64,000 nucleotides of DNA from Podarcis liolepis (taxonomy: Eukaryota), in assembly GCA_965112155.1 (NCBI GenBank), contig OZ218107.1; one strand, written 5' to 3'. Under the pieces are notes generated by a model. It was not told where the DNA came from, made no database searches, and worked only from the letters and a program-made list of their open reading frames with translations. A program made the position numbers and the translations under genes. Numbering within the stretch: position 1 is the first letter of the stretch; each line of letters begins with the position of its first letter. This document shows, in pieces, positions 50,994-63,500 of the stretch.

Positions 50994-53900
50994 CTGAAGC
51001 ACAAAGAGAAAGCATTTTGTTAGGGAGAAACAGTGAGAAACATTTAGTGTCAAGCAAACAGCACAAATAGCCTGGTTATAAAGAGGGGAGAATACAACAG
51101 GACCCTGTCCTTTGGGGACACTGCTTTCGATTATTTCGGGACTTTTCTAGCAAGACACGCAGTGGCAACTGGAGGAGCTGCATCAATATTCACATTTAGT
51201 TTGTGCACCTGTATCTCTCACATGTATTAAGATTGTGACCTAATCATTTCATCCAATATTAAGTAGGTTTTAGTGAGCTAGACTGAGTGAGTCTCAGACA
51301 ACAGTTCAGGTGCTCTTACTGATTGGAGGAAACAAAGCTTCAGTCCAGTTCGAACTGAAAGTCAAACAAATCCTGAACTGAACACTGGACTAAATCTTTA
51401 ATTTATGCCCAGCTGATCAGATTTCTCCTTCTGACTGAAAGTTTTGAGAGTACGTTATAATGGCTCAATTCTGACATTCTCTGATTCCCTATTTCCTGGA
51501 ACATCAGTGCCACCAGAGGTAGGGACATACCTGTTGAATCTCTTCCACTTCTTCTCCAGCTATCAAGAAACCCACCCGTTATTTGTGCCCAGTCTTCTAA
51601 CTTCTAACAGAAACCTTTTCCCACCATCCCAGAATCTGTGATAGGATGTCGGGTCAAAATCCAGTAAAACAAGAAACCTGTAAACAAACTGAGCATCAAG
51701 CCAAGCCGTGCTTCCACAAGTGCTGCCTTGTTTTACAGGACAGCTGCAATAAACTGAGGGATGCAGCAGAGGGTACTGCACATATGCCATTACTTCCAGA
51801 GACCAAAGTAGCATTTTCTGTCTCCCCATCATGCATCTTACTTCACAAAGGTACCTCCCGTTCAACAGCCACATTAAAACTAGAGCAAGTGTGCAGCAAG
51901 ATTAGCCGTATCTTTGCTATTTATTAATTATCCACCACAATAATAAAGGATGACTACTCCTTGATCTCTTATTAATCTTTTATTGCAATTCAATGTTTTC
52001 TGGGAGAAGCTAGTTCTTAGTCCTGGCTTTATCACTATTTTTTGCAGATCCTTTCAGATCTGCCTTATACTGTCCACATTGAGATTTCCAGTTAAGAAGC
52101 CTGAGATGGGGAGAAGAGCTGCATGTTGTTCTGCAAGAGTTTTTATGATGGGTGCTGGCCACCCACCCTATAGATTCATATGGATTGAAAGGCAGGATAT
52201 AAATACTTTAAATAAGAATAAATATGCATGACTTAGAGTACTCCAGTTGCCCCAAGCAACTAAAAACCAAGTACGATGAGGCTAAAGCAGTGCTGCAAGT
52301 TCAAATCCTAAAAAGGTAGTTTCTTTTAACTTCTCTGAAGTCAAATATCATCATTTTATGATTTTCATTGTAGCTGTCCTTGTGCAAGGCTGTCTTGGAA
52401 TCTGCTGCTCGGCTCATTAGGTGCAGGCACAGAAAAATCCCTGGCGTGGCTGAGCTGCTGCTCAGTGTACATGGACAGATGCTCTTCAAAAATAGGATCC
52501 CAAGATCCTGCTGGGTTTTTTTAAGTCTGGGAAGAAGAATACAATTTGCACACCCAGGAAAAAAGTATTCTATCTGCAGCATAAGCACACAATTCCATAG
52601 ACACATGTTGTTGGCATCTGTCTGTCTTGAGAGACAATGGAGTGTGCCTCCGGGGGTGAAGTCAAACTGCTGGAGAATCACAGCACAACCGACCCATCCA
52701 TTTCCACCTATTTCCATGGCCCTGTCTAGTTCAGTAGAAGTTGGAGACAGACCCAATCAAATGTATGTAGAACAGCTATTTTTAGAGCTCAATTCCTTTG
52801 GCTATAATTTAAATCCTTTTATTAGGTCTATATTATTTGTTAAGTGCCTTATAGTCCTTTAAACACCATTAATTTCAGAAGTGTAATACACAGCTCCAGC
52901 AAAGCAGGCTGAACATGTTTTTACACTCTGCAAGGACAGTGTGCCAAGCAACACATGAGATGCAGCACAAGAAATATTTATGCTGGAAGCATCTTAATCC
53001 CAATTATTAAGGGATTACATTTCCCTTCCAAAGCACAGGAAGAGGGAAGGAATACCCTTTCTCAAACATTGGCCCTTCCCATTCAAGCATACATTCCCAC
53101 AAGTCACTCTTCTAACTAAAACTGATGAAGCATGAAGTAGGTTTTGCATGTCTAAACCTGAATAAGGCACCCATATGCTAAGCTGATCATATCTCTATGC
53201 AACCCATGAGCTAATACAAATAATCCCTTCCCAGGTTCTTATTTTAGTCAAGAGACGGGGACCTTAAACATTTTCCTCTGCTAAGAATTGAGGCAGGGTG
53301 AAGTGGCAAAAAAAGCTAGCAATTCCCTCCAACAGGAGTAACAACAAGGTACAATGCCCATAGCTCCAAAAGTAGATACTAGTCACACTGCTTCCTGGAC
53401 TGTCGTCTTGATTTCAAGTCCTTTGGTGGAAAAGCAGCAGACATCTGTCATGGGTGCTTTAGCTGAGATTCCTGCACTGCAAGGGGTGGGAACCTTTCCA
53501 ATTCTACGATTCTATGAAGTGTTCCATCGTGAGCACCAATTCAACAGTAGACACAGCCCTCAACCCTGAATTGCTGCTATGCATGTTGAAGCAGTGACAG
53601 TCACTGCCACATACACACTCTGCCCAAACAAATAAACAGCTGGCTGTGCCTCTTCAGAGTTATGCAAACTGGCCCAGGTCTGCACAGAACCCCAGCTGAA
53701 CCACTAGGAAAGGTTCTATCATGGCCTTCCCTGCAGTTACTACAGGGAAGACTATAAACTGAGGAAAGGAGTTTGCTACCCAAAGCATCATTAAAACTTG
53801 AAAAACATAAGCCACTATCATTGTAGCCTTTTGGCTGAGCAGCACAATAATTTTTTTAAAGACAGCTTTCTGGAGGATATACTTAAGAGCAACTCAGCCA

Positions 53901-54032
53901 AGCCCTGGGGTTGGAGAGACACAAGAAGGCAGATGTGAATGGACAGCATGTGACAACAGATCCAAGTAGCAGAAAACAAAAAGACGAGGAAGGAGTAAAG
54001 GTGTTACACACAAAGAGCCAAGCAGGGCGTAC

Positions 54033-54104
54033 TCAGAAATCGGGTCCTCCTGCCACCAGGCTTGAATGTCACCCGCTCAGATGCACAGTTAAACTTCACA
54101 CACC
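54033..54104 (-). CDS. WNK1: WNK1 cassette exon 26a-type (72 nt, GCVKFNCASERVTFKPGGRRTRFL)
   Basis: Long CU-rich tract, atcacag|GG ... CTGA|gtacgc, phase 1-1; SERVT.K...R.RFL also resembles WNK2. Confidence 0.85.
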
Positions 54105-54973
54105 CTGTGATAAAACAAAAATAAAAGAGGGGAAGAACAAGGAGAAGAGAAGAGAGACAGAACACAACTACAAGATGTTAGAAAACTCTTTAAGCTGGTG
54201 GTGAAATGCACTAGCAAGACACAAGAGAAAAGAACCTCACTGGTAGAGGAGCATTTGCAAGACCCAAGGAGCCAGGACTCTTCTTTCCCCCACCCCCACT
54301 CTCAAAAATCATGTTTGTTCCCTCAGCTGGAACAGAGCTATCCTCCAATAGTTAATCCAGCAGGAACAGGGTTGCATGCCACAAGTGATATAAAACAGCC
54401 AATGCACACATTGACATAATACATTGCACAACTTGAAAGACACACGAGGTACAGGTTAGTAGGGCTCATATGGTTAAAAAGGAATGAGCAGAAGCTCCCT
54501 TCTCATTAGGAAGGTGACTTGGAAGAAGCAGTAGCATATTCTGTTCTTGTATTGATATACCCACCTCCTTGTCTTGAAGCAACATACTGCCACTCCACCC
54601 ACACCATTAATGTGTGTGTCAGAAATGAGTATGTTATGCATGCAAACTGCAAATTCAAATATGGTCTCTCAGGGACCATGATAAACTTCTAACTTGTGCA
54701 AATAAAGTTGACAAGCTCCCAATTTATCCAGGGAGAACATATTGCACTATCTCCCTCAAGCTCTTCCCCTCCATCATCTCTCCTTGATGTGGAAGGTGCA
54801 AAAACATACAGGGCAACCTTCACTGTCATATCCTTAATTTTACTTGCCGGAGTGTCCCAGGCCTCACAGCTTCATCCTACGAAGGAGATAATCTGAAATG
54901 TAGCAGGATATTTAATCCCCCACCTCAACCCCCAGTCACGTTTCTCTCCATGCTGCTAATCTACAACATTTAC

Positions 54974-55153
54974 CTTGGCCTGGCGCAGAAATGGCACCAT
55001 CACTAGTAAAGGCAGAGTAGAGGTTTTCACTAGAAGGAGATGGTTTCAGAGGCTGTAACAGATGGTTCTGTCCTGTCTCTTGGACAGTGCCAGGAGGGAG
55101 GAGGGTCTGCTGTTGGGGCAAGACCGAAGGTGCACTCTGAGCAGACAGATTGC
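54974..55153 (-). CDS. WNK1: WNK1 exon 26-equivalent (GNLSAQSAPSVL...PLKPSPSSENLYSAFTSDGAISAPGQ)
   Basis: Conserved PLKPSPSS.NLYSAFTSDGAIS; ccctag|GC ... G|gtaaat. Confidence 0.95.
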
Positions 55154-55284
55154 CTAGGGAGAGAGGGAAGCAAATCAGGACACTGGCAACATGATGGGTA
55201 CTTAAGTTTTCCCATCCCAAATGCACAGTGTTCATATTTCACTTCTTAAGGATGACCTCTGGCACATGAAAGGAAACTCTAGAT

Positions 55285-55837
55285 CAGGGGTAGGGAACTG
55301 GATCCAGCTGGGGGGGGGCCTAGTTGTGGGTCACCCCAACTCCAGTGGCCCACTTTAACTGGTGGGTGCCTGGTTTCTGCAGAGACCAGCTGTGCTACCA
55401 GGAAACATGGTAGCAAATACAATCCAGTGGGCTTGAGGTTGCCACTTATCAGTTGATAGGCAGCAACTTCAAACATGCTTTTTGCAGGGATAAGCTGCAC
55501 TACACTACAATAGAGACAATTCCTGCAGAAAAAAGGGCTTTGAACTACCATATGTCAGCCAACAGAACTTCCCATGCAGGGATCAACTGTGCAGCCCAAC
55601 CCCAGCAGGCTTGCTCTTCCTGCCAATCAGCTCTTCAGCCATGACAGCAAATCTCCCTTGCCAATGCACAACTGGGAATGCACTTTAAGGCTCTACCTGC
55701 CCCTCACCTGACATCACATCTGATTATGTTGTGTGTGCGGTAGGTCGGCATGGCATGGAGGGAAATGGCCTTGTAGGCCAAACTGGGAGCTATGCAAGGC
55801 CTGATTAGGCCTGTGGCCCAGAGGTTCCCTACCCCTG
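55285..55837. mobile_element. hAT MITE
   Basis: 14-bp perfect TIR CAGGGGTAGGGAAC...GTTCCCTACCCCTG; 8-bp TSD CTCTAGAT/CTTTAGAT. Confidence 0.85.
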
Positions 55838-56307
55838 CTTTAGATATTAACTAGGCTGAAACCAGCAACAGCTAATAGGAGAAATGAACACAGGCCAAAA
55901 AAATGAAAAGCTTTCACAGGACTGCTACACTGCTGCTTGTGGCTACTCCGTCAACAAGGGCAATGCACACAAATTAAGACTCAGCATCCACCTGTTTCTA
56001 GTGGGTACGGTAACGGAGGACTAATTAGTTATATTTACATTCCACACCTTAAAAGTAAAATCTACAAAGCAGTAAACAATAAACACGTTAACTGCATGTC
56101 TTCACTGCACATACCCCACAGAAAATGCTGCAGGAAGTCTTGCTTTGCCCAATACAATCCCTCAGCACTTCTTGAGTTTTCATCTAAAGTCTAAAATGCA
56201 CAGTGAAAAGGCTACGGAATACAACTTTGGTGCTTACGTTTTGCATAACACTTGAGTGGTGTTGTGGATAAAGACAGCTGAACGTGAGCTGAGGAGACCT
56301 GGGTTTC

Positions 56308-56934
56308 TGGGGGTGGGGAACCTCTGACCTGCAGGCATATCTTGGTCCAACAGGGCCCCCAATTTGTCCAGCCAGGCTATTTCTTCAAAATCACACCCAC
56401 CTGCCAATCAGCTGTTGCCACACTGATGGGCGGGGAGGCACCAGATGATTGTTGGGGGCATGGGGTTGCCTTCTGTGTTAGCTGCACAAACCAGTTCTCC
56501 ACAAGGAACTGCAGAAGAATTTAACTTTCTGCTCATCAGCTGATGGAGAGGGGAGTTAAATCCTGCTGAGAACCCTGCTGAGAGCAGAACTGAAGTCTCC
56601 ACTCATCCGCTGAGGAGTGGAGACTTCAGTCCTGCTGCATGCTGCTTCAAAGCACAGTGCAGGGCTGTTGGAAAGCCCTTTTACAAAGAGCCTCAAGCTG
56701 CTACTTAAACCTCCAGTTTTCCCAGGTTTAAAGAGCAGCACTGGGCTGCTTGCAAAACACTTTCCAACAGCCCTGCAGTGTGCTTTGAAGGGCTTCAAAG
56801 TACAATGTCACATGGCATTGTAGTGACGTCAGGTGATTGAGAGGTAGGCACCCCACACACCTGTCAAATTTGGTTCACCAGGCGTGGGGAAATAAGGATT
56901 TGGCCGGCCAAGTACAAAAATATCCCCACCCCTG
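56308..56934. mobile_element. hAT-like MITE with internal hairpins, apparently inserted into an old SINE head
   Basis: Ends TGGGGGTGGGGAAC ... ATCCCCACCCCTG; SINE-like GTGGTGTTGTGGATA...GAGACCTGGGTT upstream resumes as GTTCAAGT downstream. Confidence 0.6.
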
Positions 56935-57226
56935 GTTCAAGTTGCCAGTGAGACATAAAGCTCACTAAGAAACAGAAAGCCAGCCACCTGCTTTCAGCTT
57001 AATCTACATTACAAAAGGAAGAGAGAGGCAGCGATCATGTGCACTACTCTGAGCTCCTGGAAGGAAGTGGGATAAAGATCAGTGGCAGTTGGAAGGAGAA
57101 TTTGCAGTAGGAGAGTTCATGGTAGCCAGTCGAGCCCATATTAAGCAGCCCGTATTAAACAAAAAGTCACAAGACACTACACAAAGCCAACTTACCCAAC
57201 CCATGGCCATTTCTAAAGTGTCTTAC

Positions 57227-57429
57227 CCAAAATTTGAGGGCTCTTGTTACCCTGGGAGCTGCTGCGGCTGGATCTGCTGCCTTTTCCTTTAGTGGGTCTT
57301 CTTCGCCTGCCTGACAGAGGAGCGGCAGGAGGGATGATTACTGCTGGAGGTACCTTGCCCAGTTTCGTGTAAAGCAGTTCAATCTCCATCTTTTGGCGAC
57401 TTTGAAGCTCTTGGATCTCTTTAAGGTGC
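57227..57429 (-). CDS. WNK1: WNK1 exon 25-equivalent (HLKEIQELQSRQKMEIELLYTKLGK...), C-terminal coiled coil with HQ motif
   Basis: Recognisable WNK1 sequence; atttag|G ... G|gtaaga, 203 nt. Confidence 0.97.
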
Positions 57430-59113
57430 CTAAATGAACAGGAAAGGAAATATGTGTCACTTTTCATACCACTAAATCATGCCAATAATGGATGGACAAG
57501 AAGTGAACCCAGATTAGAAGCTATTTATCTAGGCGTTATCCCATACAACTAGGGCTGCACACAGTATGACAGTGGATTACCACCCTCTCAGAGGAGTGCT
57601 CCAAACAGCATGCAACAGTGCAGGGCAGTTCAGGGCAGGCTAGCAAAGGGGGAGAAGCAAATAGTTTCAGGAGGAAAAGGGGAGAGAAAAAATCCACCCC
57701 AGCATTCTCCTGTTGTACTAAGGATTTTGTAGCTATATAAAGGGGGCGGGGAGGAGAGGGAAGTGGGAAAAGTGGACATTTACTGTAAAACACACGGACC
57801 ATCAGTAGTTAAATTCTTTCCCCCTGCCCTTCATTTTCTTCCACTGCCAACTGCCTACTCCTAGAGTTCACTGATACTAGATGAGCCTGGTTCCTTTGGA
57901 TCAGAAATGGGGAACCTTGGACCACCATGTGTTTCAAGAATGTTAAGGTTTGGCCTATATATTAATATATGGACAGATGGTTGATACTTTACTTAATTGT
58001 GTTGATTTATTTTCTTGTGCTTCATTATGTTTTAATCACTGCAACCTGCCCTGAGTCTGTTTTTTAAAAAAGAAATAAATAGATAATACACTAAGCTCAT
58101 CAGCCCAAGCCAGCATGGCCAGTTGACAGGGATGATAGGAACTGGAGTACAAGAACATCTGGAAGGTCACAAGACCCCCACCCCTGGCTTCAGATCCATT
58201 TTTCTCTCTTGGCTCAACTGCCCAAAGTATCCCGGAAGCCCAGAGGTTCTTTCCAAGCAATTTTGGAACTGTTTCTCTAATTCTTTTATGAACGCTGAGG
58301 CCTGGTGCCTCCCCCCAAGGTAGTGTCGCCCAGGATTCATCACTCCGGTCTCCCATCAAGCTGATGTGGTCCATATTCAGGGACATGAGAACACGACAAG
58401 CAGAGTTCAAAACAGAAGCTCAGCCTTCAGGAGTAACATCTAAGCCTAATTTATTGCAAATTAAATCAAACGTAACAGAACAAAGAAAACATGGCTCCTC
58501 TCTGTCTTTGTTCCTCGGAGAGAGTTGCAAAAGCAAAAGCTATACAGAGCAGAAACAGCGTATCTCAATTTCCTCTCCCAAGACTCCAACAATCAGTGCT
58601 GGAATGTAAACAGACATGTGACATGTAACAATCCCACACACACATCTGCAGCACCGGAGGAATGAAATTCTCAACACTGAATCACCTGAATTTGCAATTA
58701 GCTAAAGCGAGAAAGCCAGAAGCATGGGAGCTCTGTATGAGTCCACTCATAAAACACTAAAGAGCTAGACATCTAGTCCACTCATGCATTTTTAGCACCT
58801 AAGACTGAACAGTGTCCCAGACATCTCCAGTTCAAATCTTGCCTCTGCTGTGAACTCTCAGAGAAGCCCCTATTTTCTCATCCTCAGCTGCCTATCCATT
58901 AATAAGGAGATGTTAATTGCAAGGAAACACTCATTCCACTAGAAAAACAGGGGACAAATATTGTAGACCTCGCTATACAAATTCCCTGCAAGTGTTGACT
59001 GCAGATAACTGTTTTTAGTCCCACTACACGGGATAAAACTTTCAATCAAGTCATGCTTCTACTCATTATGTCCTCTTAAAAAAGTCTGGGTGGGGTGGGG
59101 CTAGAGGACTTAC

Positions 59114-59757
59114 TTCTCTCGCAATTGGCGCAGCTCACACTTCAAGTCTTCATCTTCTATGTCCGACTCATTATCACTGCTCATGTAGGAAGAGTTGAAT
59201 GAGTTGCTAAGGCTCTGAACTGGAAGACTGATCTTTGACCCAGGTGGATGGAGAGAGTCTGGACTCCTTGAGCCATCATCTTGCTCCTTAGCTGCACCAC
59301 TCAGGAAGGCAGCTTCCAGCTCAGACGATGGCCCATTCAGGTGCAGAGAATGCCTTCTCGCGATAAGCCCTGGTTTAGGAGTTTTGATGGGAGAAGAAAC
59401 GTGCTCAGAGTTTACAGTCAGAGGGACTATTGCAGGGGCCTCTCTCTCCACACAGGTCACCTCATCTTGAGTTTTAGACACAGAAAACCGGCCCACTTGG
59501 TCTGTTGCTGTCGTTGTCACCTGGAAACGCCCAACCTTGGTTGGCTGCAAATTGGCGGTGGAAGTGTGTGAAAAAACTCCATCCACCACATCTGCAGAGG
59601 TAACAGCAATGGCCTCGGCTATCCCACTGGAGGTTGGCTTCACCAGAGTACTCTCAGGGCTGCTGCTGCTAGACAAAGATGAGGAATCTGAGCTGCTTGT
59701 GTCGAAGTGCCTGGGCTTACTTCCACTCTCTTTCTGCTCATCCACAGCTACTGACAC
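59114..59757 (-). CDS. WNK1: WNK1 exon 24-equivalent with RFQV and RFSV SPAK/OSR1-docking motifs and NSSYMSSDNESDIEDEDLK
   Basis: Conserved motifs; ctctag|GTG ... AA|gtaagt, 644 nt. Confidence 0.97.
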
Positions 59758-60334
59758 CTAGAGACAATAGAGACATACAGTATTATAGCCAGAGCACCTT
59801 TACAGAATGGCACTTTACAAAGTTTAAGAGGATAGGTTCCTGCCTTGAGCAGCTGAGTCTGAAATTTGACACAGGGGATGCAGAACAAAAAGGAAAAGAA
59901 AGTGGAAGCAGGGTTAAACAGAAAAATATGTGGATCTGCTTCACATGTATAGGCTTAGTTACAGTTACAGTAAGGCACAGGAACTAAGGGTTGTTTGTGC
60001 CAAGGCTTCACATAAGAAGTCAGAACAATTTTAAACAGTTCTCCCTCCAAAAGGAGCCAACCACTGCATTAGATCATTTTCTGATAAAAACATGTGCTGA
60101 CACCAAATAACATAGTCACAAGATGAAAGCAGAAAATGGATAATGAGACAAGATGGGCGTCTTTTGAAGAATGCTAGTAATGCTTAAAGGGCAAGAGTGT
60201 TGTTGATGCAGATGGGCCAGAGCAGCCATAACAGTTGTACAATATTGTCCCAGTCTCAGCTCCCTGTCTATAAAATAAGAACCATAAAAGTCACACAGTA
60301 GCTAGGGTAGACACAACAAAATGCTGTAAAATAC

Positions 60335-60408
60335 CTGAAAACGGCCCATCTTAAGAACTGCAGCTCCTGAGGTGGTAGTTGTGGAGCAGCTTCCTGCATC
60401 CTGAGAAT
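60335..60408 (-). CDS. WNK1: WNK1 exon 23-equivalent (DSQDAGSCSTTTTSGAAVLKMGRFQ)
   Basis: KMGRFQ|V forms an RFxV motif across the junction; tttcag|AT ... CAG|gtattt, 74 nt. Confidence 0.93.
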
Positions 60409-62144
60409 CTGAAATGGGGAAAAGTGGGAAGAGGATTCGCAATTCAATTTTTTGCTCACTGTGTTCGTGAACAAAATTCTCCGAGAAAAGTGAATCAAAA
60501 ATGTGTTCCTCTAATTAAATCAAAGGAAGCTGTTACAAAACTGTTTTAACACTTTCAGTTAAGTCATATTACTTTTTTCTAGTTAACCAGGGCTAGGTGG
60601 GGGTTTGTTTTGGGAACACGCAGAATTCACCTTCTACAAAAAGGCATGTAGTACCTCATTCGAACATTTCCTTAACAAAAACTGATTATTTTCATATTGG
60701 CTTTGACAACACATGACAGGATTCTACTGGCAGAAATGTTGCTTGTCTACCCAAGAGAAACCTAAAGGAATTACTAACATATTAACTCATTAGGCCCTAT
60801 TGGAAGAGAAGTGCAAGCAATTCTTACAAGAGAAAAGAACTTTACACTAAAGTTGCAATGGGAAAACAATGACCTATTTCCTAAGGCTGTGCATGCCCCC
60901 CCTCCAAAAAAACTGGGCTAATGTGGGAAACACCAGGTCCAGATCCAGCCCCAAATCAACTGGGGGAGTGGAGAGGAAAGGAGCAAACTCTGCATCTCCT
61001 ACCTCACCCCAGAGCAGGAGGATTTAATTCTGCTGGGAGCTGCTCCACCAGACCTTTTCCCACAGGGAGCACACTGGCAGAGCAGAGCTGAAAGTCAATG
61101 GGACTGAAACCTCCTGTTCATGGGTGGGGAAAGAGACACAGCGCTCGCTTCCCTCACCATCTGAGAGGTGCCGCAAAAGCAGAGGCTGGAAAGGAAGATG
61201 CAGTGTGTTCCACTTGAAAGGCCTCAAGGGACAGCTGGGTGGCAGCAAGGAATGGCACAGGTGGGAGAAGCCTGAACTCCCAAGACCCGGTAGCATCCAT
61301 GGGATGTGCTTGGTGCTTGCTTAAAGGGTAAGATAGGCAGGAAGGGAACTTGTTGAGGCTGATGATGGGAGCAATGAGTAGTGTGGATGGAGGCGGCAGA
61401 AGCCAGACCCACTGTAGGCACTTTCTTTATAGGGCCTTGTATGGCAACACAAATCCCTGTTCGGTTTCAGCAGAAGGAGCTGCTGGTGTACCGGAGGAAA
61501 TCAGGTAAGATTACAACAGCAAGAGAGACTTGCAAAATGAATACTGTTTTAGATGCTTACCAGAGAATTCAATCCTTCAGGGGTCAGCTTCCCCAGGACA
61601 TTCCCTGCGGGGAGTTTGCTGAGGAAACAGACTCCCTGCCTCTCCTGCATCCCAACCAATGTCCTACTCCCTAACAGTCCCAGATTGTTCCAGGCAGCCC
61701 AACCTGGCTCAGTCTGGTGCTGCCTCTACCCAACTTAGGATTCCCCTCCTCCCTAACTGGCCCAATTCAGTTCAGGCTTCAGCCAAATCTGGTGCACAGC
61801 CTGAATATTTACAATGCCTGAGTGACCACAGTACAATCAAATCATTGTTAAAGAGCAAAAGGGAATGTGCTACCCATAAAAGCTATTGGGAAAAGAATGA
61901 ACCCTACAGATCATTTTAGTCACTGCTTAAGAGCAATCGTACTTTCACCCCGTGTCAAACTATCCACATAATCACTTGGGTGTTTTTTAATTATTATTCA
62001 TTTGTTTTGAGGTAGAATTCCAAAAGCCAATATTTTTGAGATTATAATCCTTTTGCACAGGATTCATGAACAAACCTCTAATATAACAAACAGCAGACAG
62101 CAAGTGTTCTTGTTCAGACCTTGTTCATTCCAAAAGGTTCTTAC

Positions 62145-62214
62145 CAGTATTTGTAGACTGTTCTGGTGCAGATGCCATTCCAGTAACCGTTGTAGAAGCC
62201 ACTGATGGCAGAGG
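62145..62214 (-). CDS. WNK1: WNK1 exon 22-equivalent (PLPSVASTTVTGMASAPEQSTNT)
   Basis: tttttcatag|CCT ... G|gtaaga, phase 0-1 fits the next exon; low-complexity sequence, weak homology. Confidence 0.78.
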
Positions 62215-62779
62215 CTATGAAAAACACAAACAAACAAAATAAAGTTCACCAGAATATTCTAATTTCCTTTTCTTTTTTAAAAAATTCAGGGCACTAATTT
62301 GCCCGTAGTTATTCACGGGATCACATCAATTCTCTTAAGCTTCAGATACCAAAGCAAAGCACTGATGAGTATCCACTGTAGAAAGCCAAGGCCTCTCCTT
62401 AAGCAGCCTTCCCAAATCCAGTATTAGCATATGCAAGGCCATCCTGTTTCAAATGATTCTGCACACACCACAGCATCTTAAAGTTGGAGAGGGGAAACCC
62501 TGAAAAAACAGCTTTGCTGGGGGGACCACTAGGGGCGCATCAGAAGATGGCTGACACTAACATCTCTCCGACCCACACAAGGTAAATTGGAGGCTGTGAT
62601 GGGAGTAAATAGCCTCCCTACCCCCCCCCCCAGGATTATGGTGGGGGATTCCCCTTGCCTGCTGTGCCCTATACCACCCCCGAATTTGTGGGGATGGGGG
62701 CACTAGGCACAATGCCCTCCTGTGGGATTTCGGCACTCCTGGATGCCGTCTCTGATCCGCGCCACTAGCTGCAAGAACT

Positions 62780-63500
62780 TCAAAAGAAATAGTTTGGATG
62801 AAGCTAATGCACATATTTCAAGGAAGAAGGGGGAGTAAAGACTGCTAACAGAAGAGATCTCTGATAAAACAAGACGAGTCGGAGGAACAAGTATAGATCA
62901 TGAGAAGATACGCCAAGACTCGGTATGGCAAAGGGACTGATGGGGGAGGGGGAAAAAAACTTTCCTTTCTTACCTTTATGTGATTAAACAAGAATCCCCC
63001 CCACCCACAAGTCAGAAATGTCGTTTTAAGGACTTAAGCTGTGGATTTAAGGCTGTGTGGAGATAAACTTTTGAACCAGAGCATGTTTTAAGAAGAGTGT
63101 GGAATGTATAAGGGCTTTGGAATGACGCAGTTAAAAATACCGTTGCCATATTGGGAGGTTCTGTCGGAGGACTTAGGTCTGAGAGGAGAAATAGAGAAAT
63201 AGAGCTGTTTTTATATTGTGGATGAAACTCCGCAGTGGGACTTAAGAATGATAGTTCTATAATTAATGATGGAAAGAACATTGTTATCTATGAAGGCGAT
63301 GATATATGGAAACCATCTCGATTTGAGGACTGGAAGAACGGAAAAACCCGCACTGGATTATTATTAGTGTTTATCGGCTTAAGGAGACTATCAGAAGAGA
63401 TCATAAAGAAAAAAGAGAAAATATATGAACAAGATGTGATGTGGAAACAGCAAGATAAGTCTGGATACAATTATGAACTTTGTTTGGACTGATTTGGACA
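62780..63500 (+). mobile_element. Possible L1/Tx1-like LINE 3' relic
   Basis: Purine/A-rich tract with a Trp/Lys-rich broken frame (DIWKPSRFEDWK) and elevated CpG; no diagnostic motif. Confidence 0.3.

Noticed and set aside
52301-52862. Opposing 151 and 160 aa ORFs in a WNK1 intron
   Set aside because: No homology and no convincing phase-compatible splice-site pair
61561-61800. Possible WNK1 exon ending at the strong donor CTG|gtaagc (61561)
   Set aside because: The frame from the nearest plausible acceptor contains stops
62526-62538. CTCF-like CCACTAGGGGCGC
   Set aside because: One base short of the core spacing and probably within a repeat
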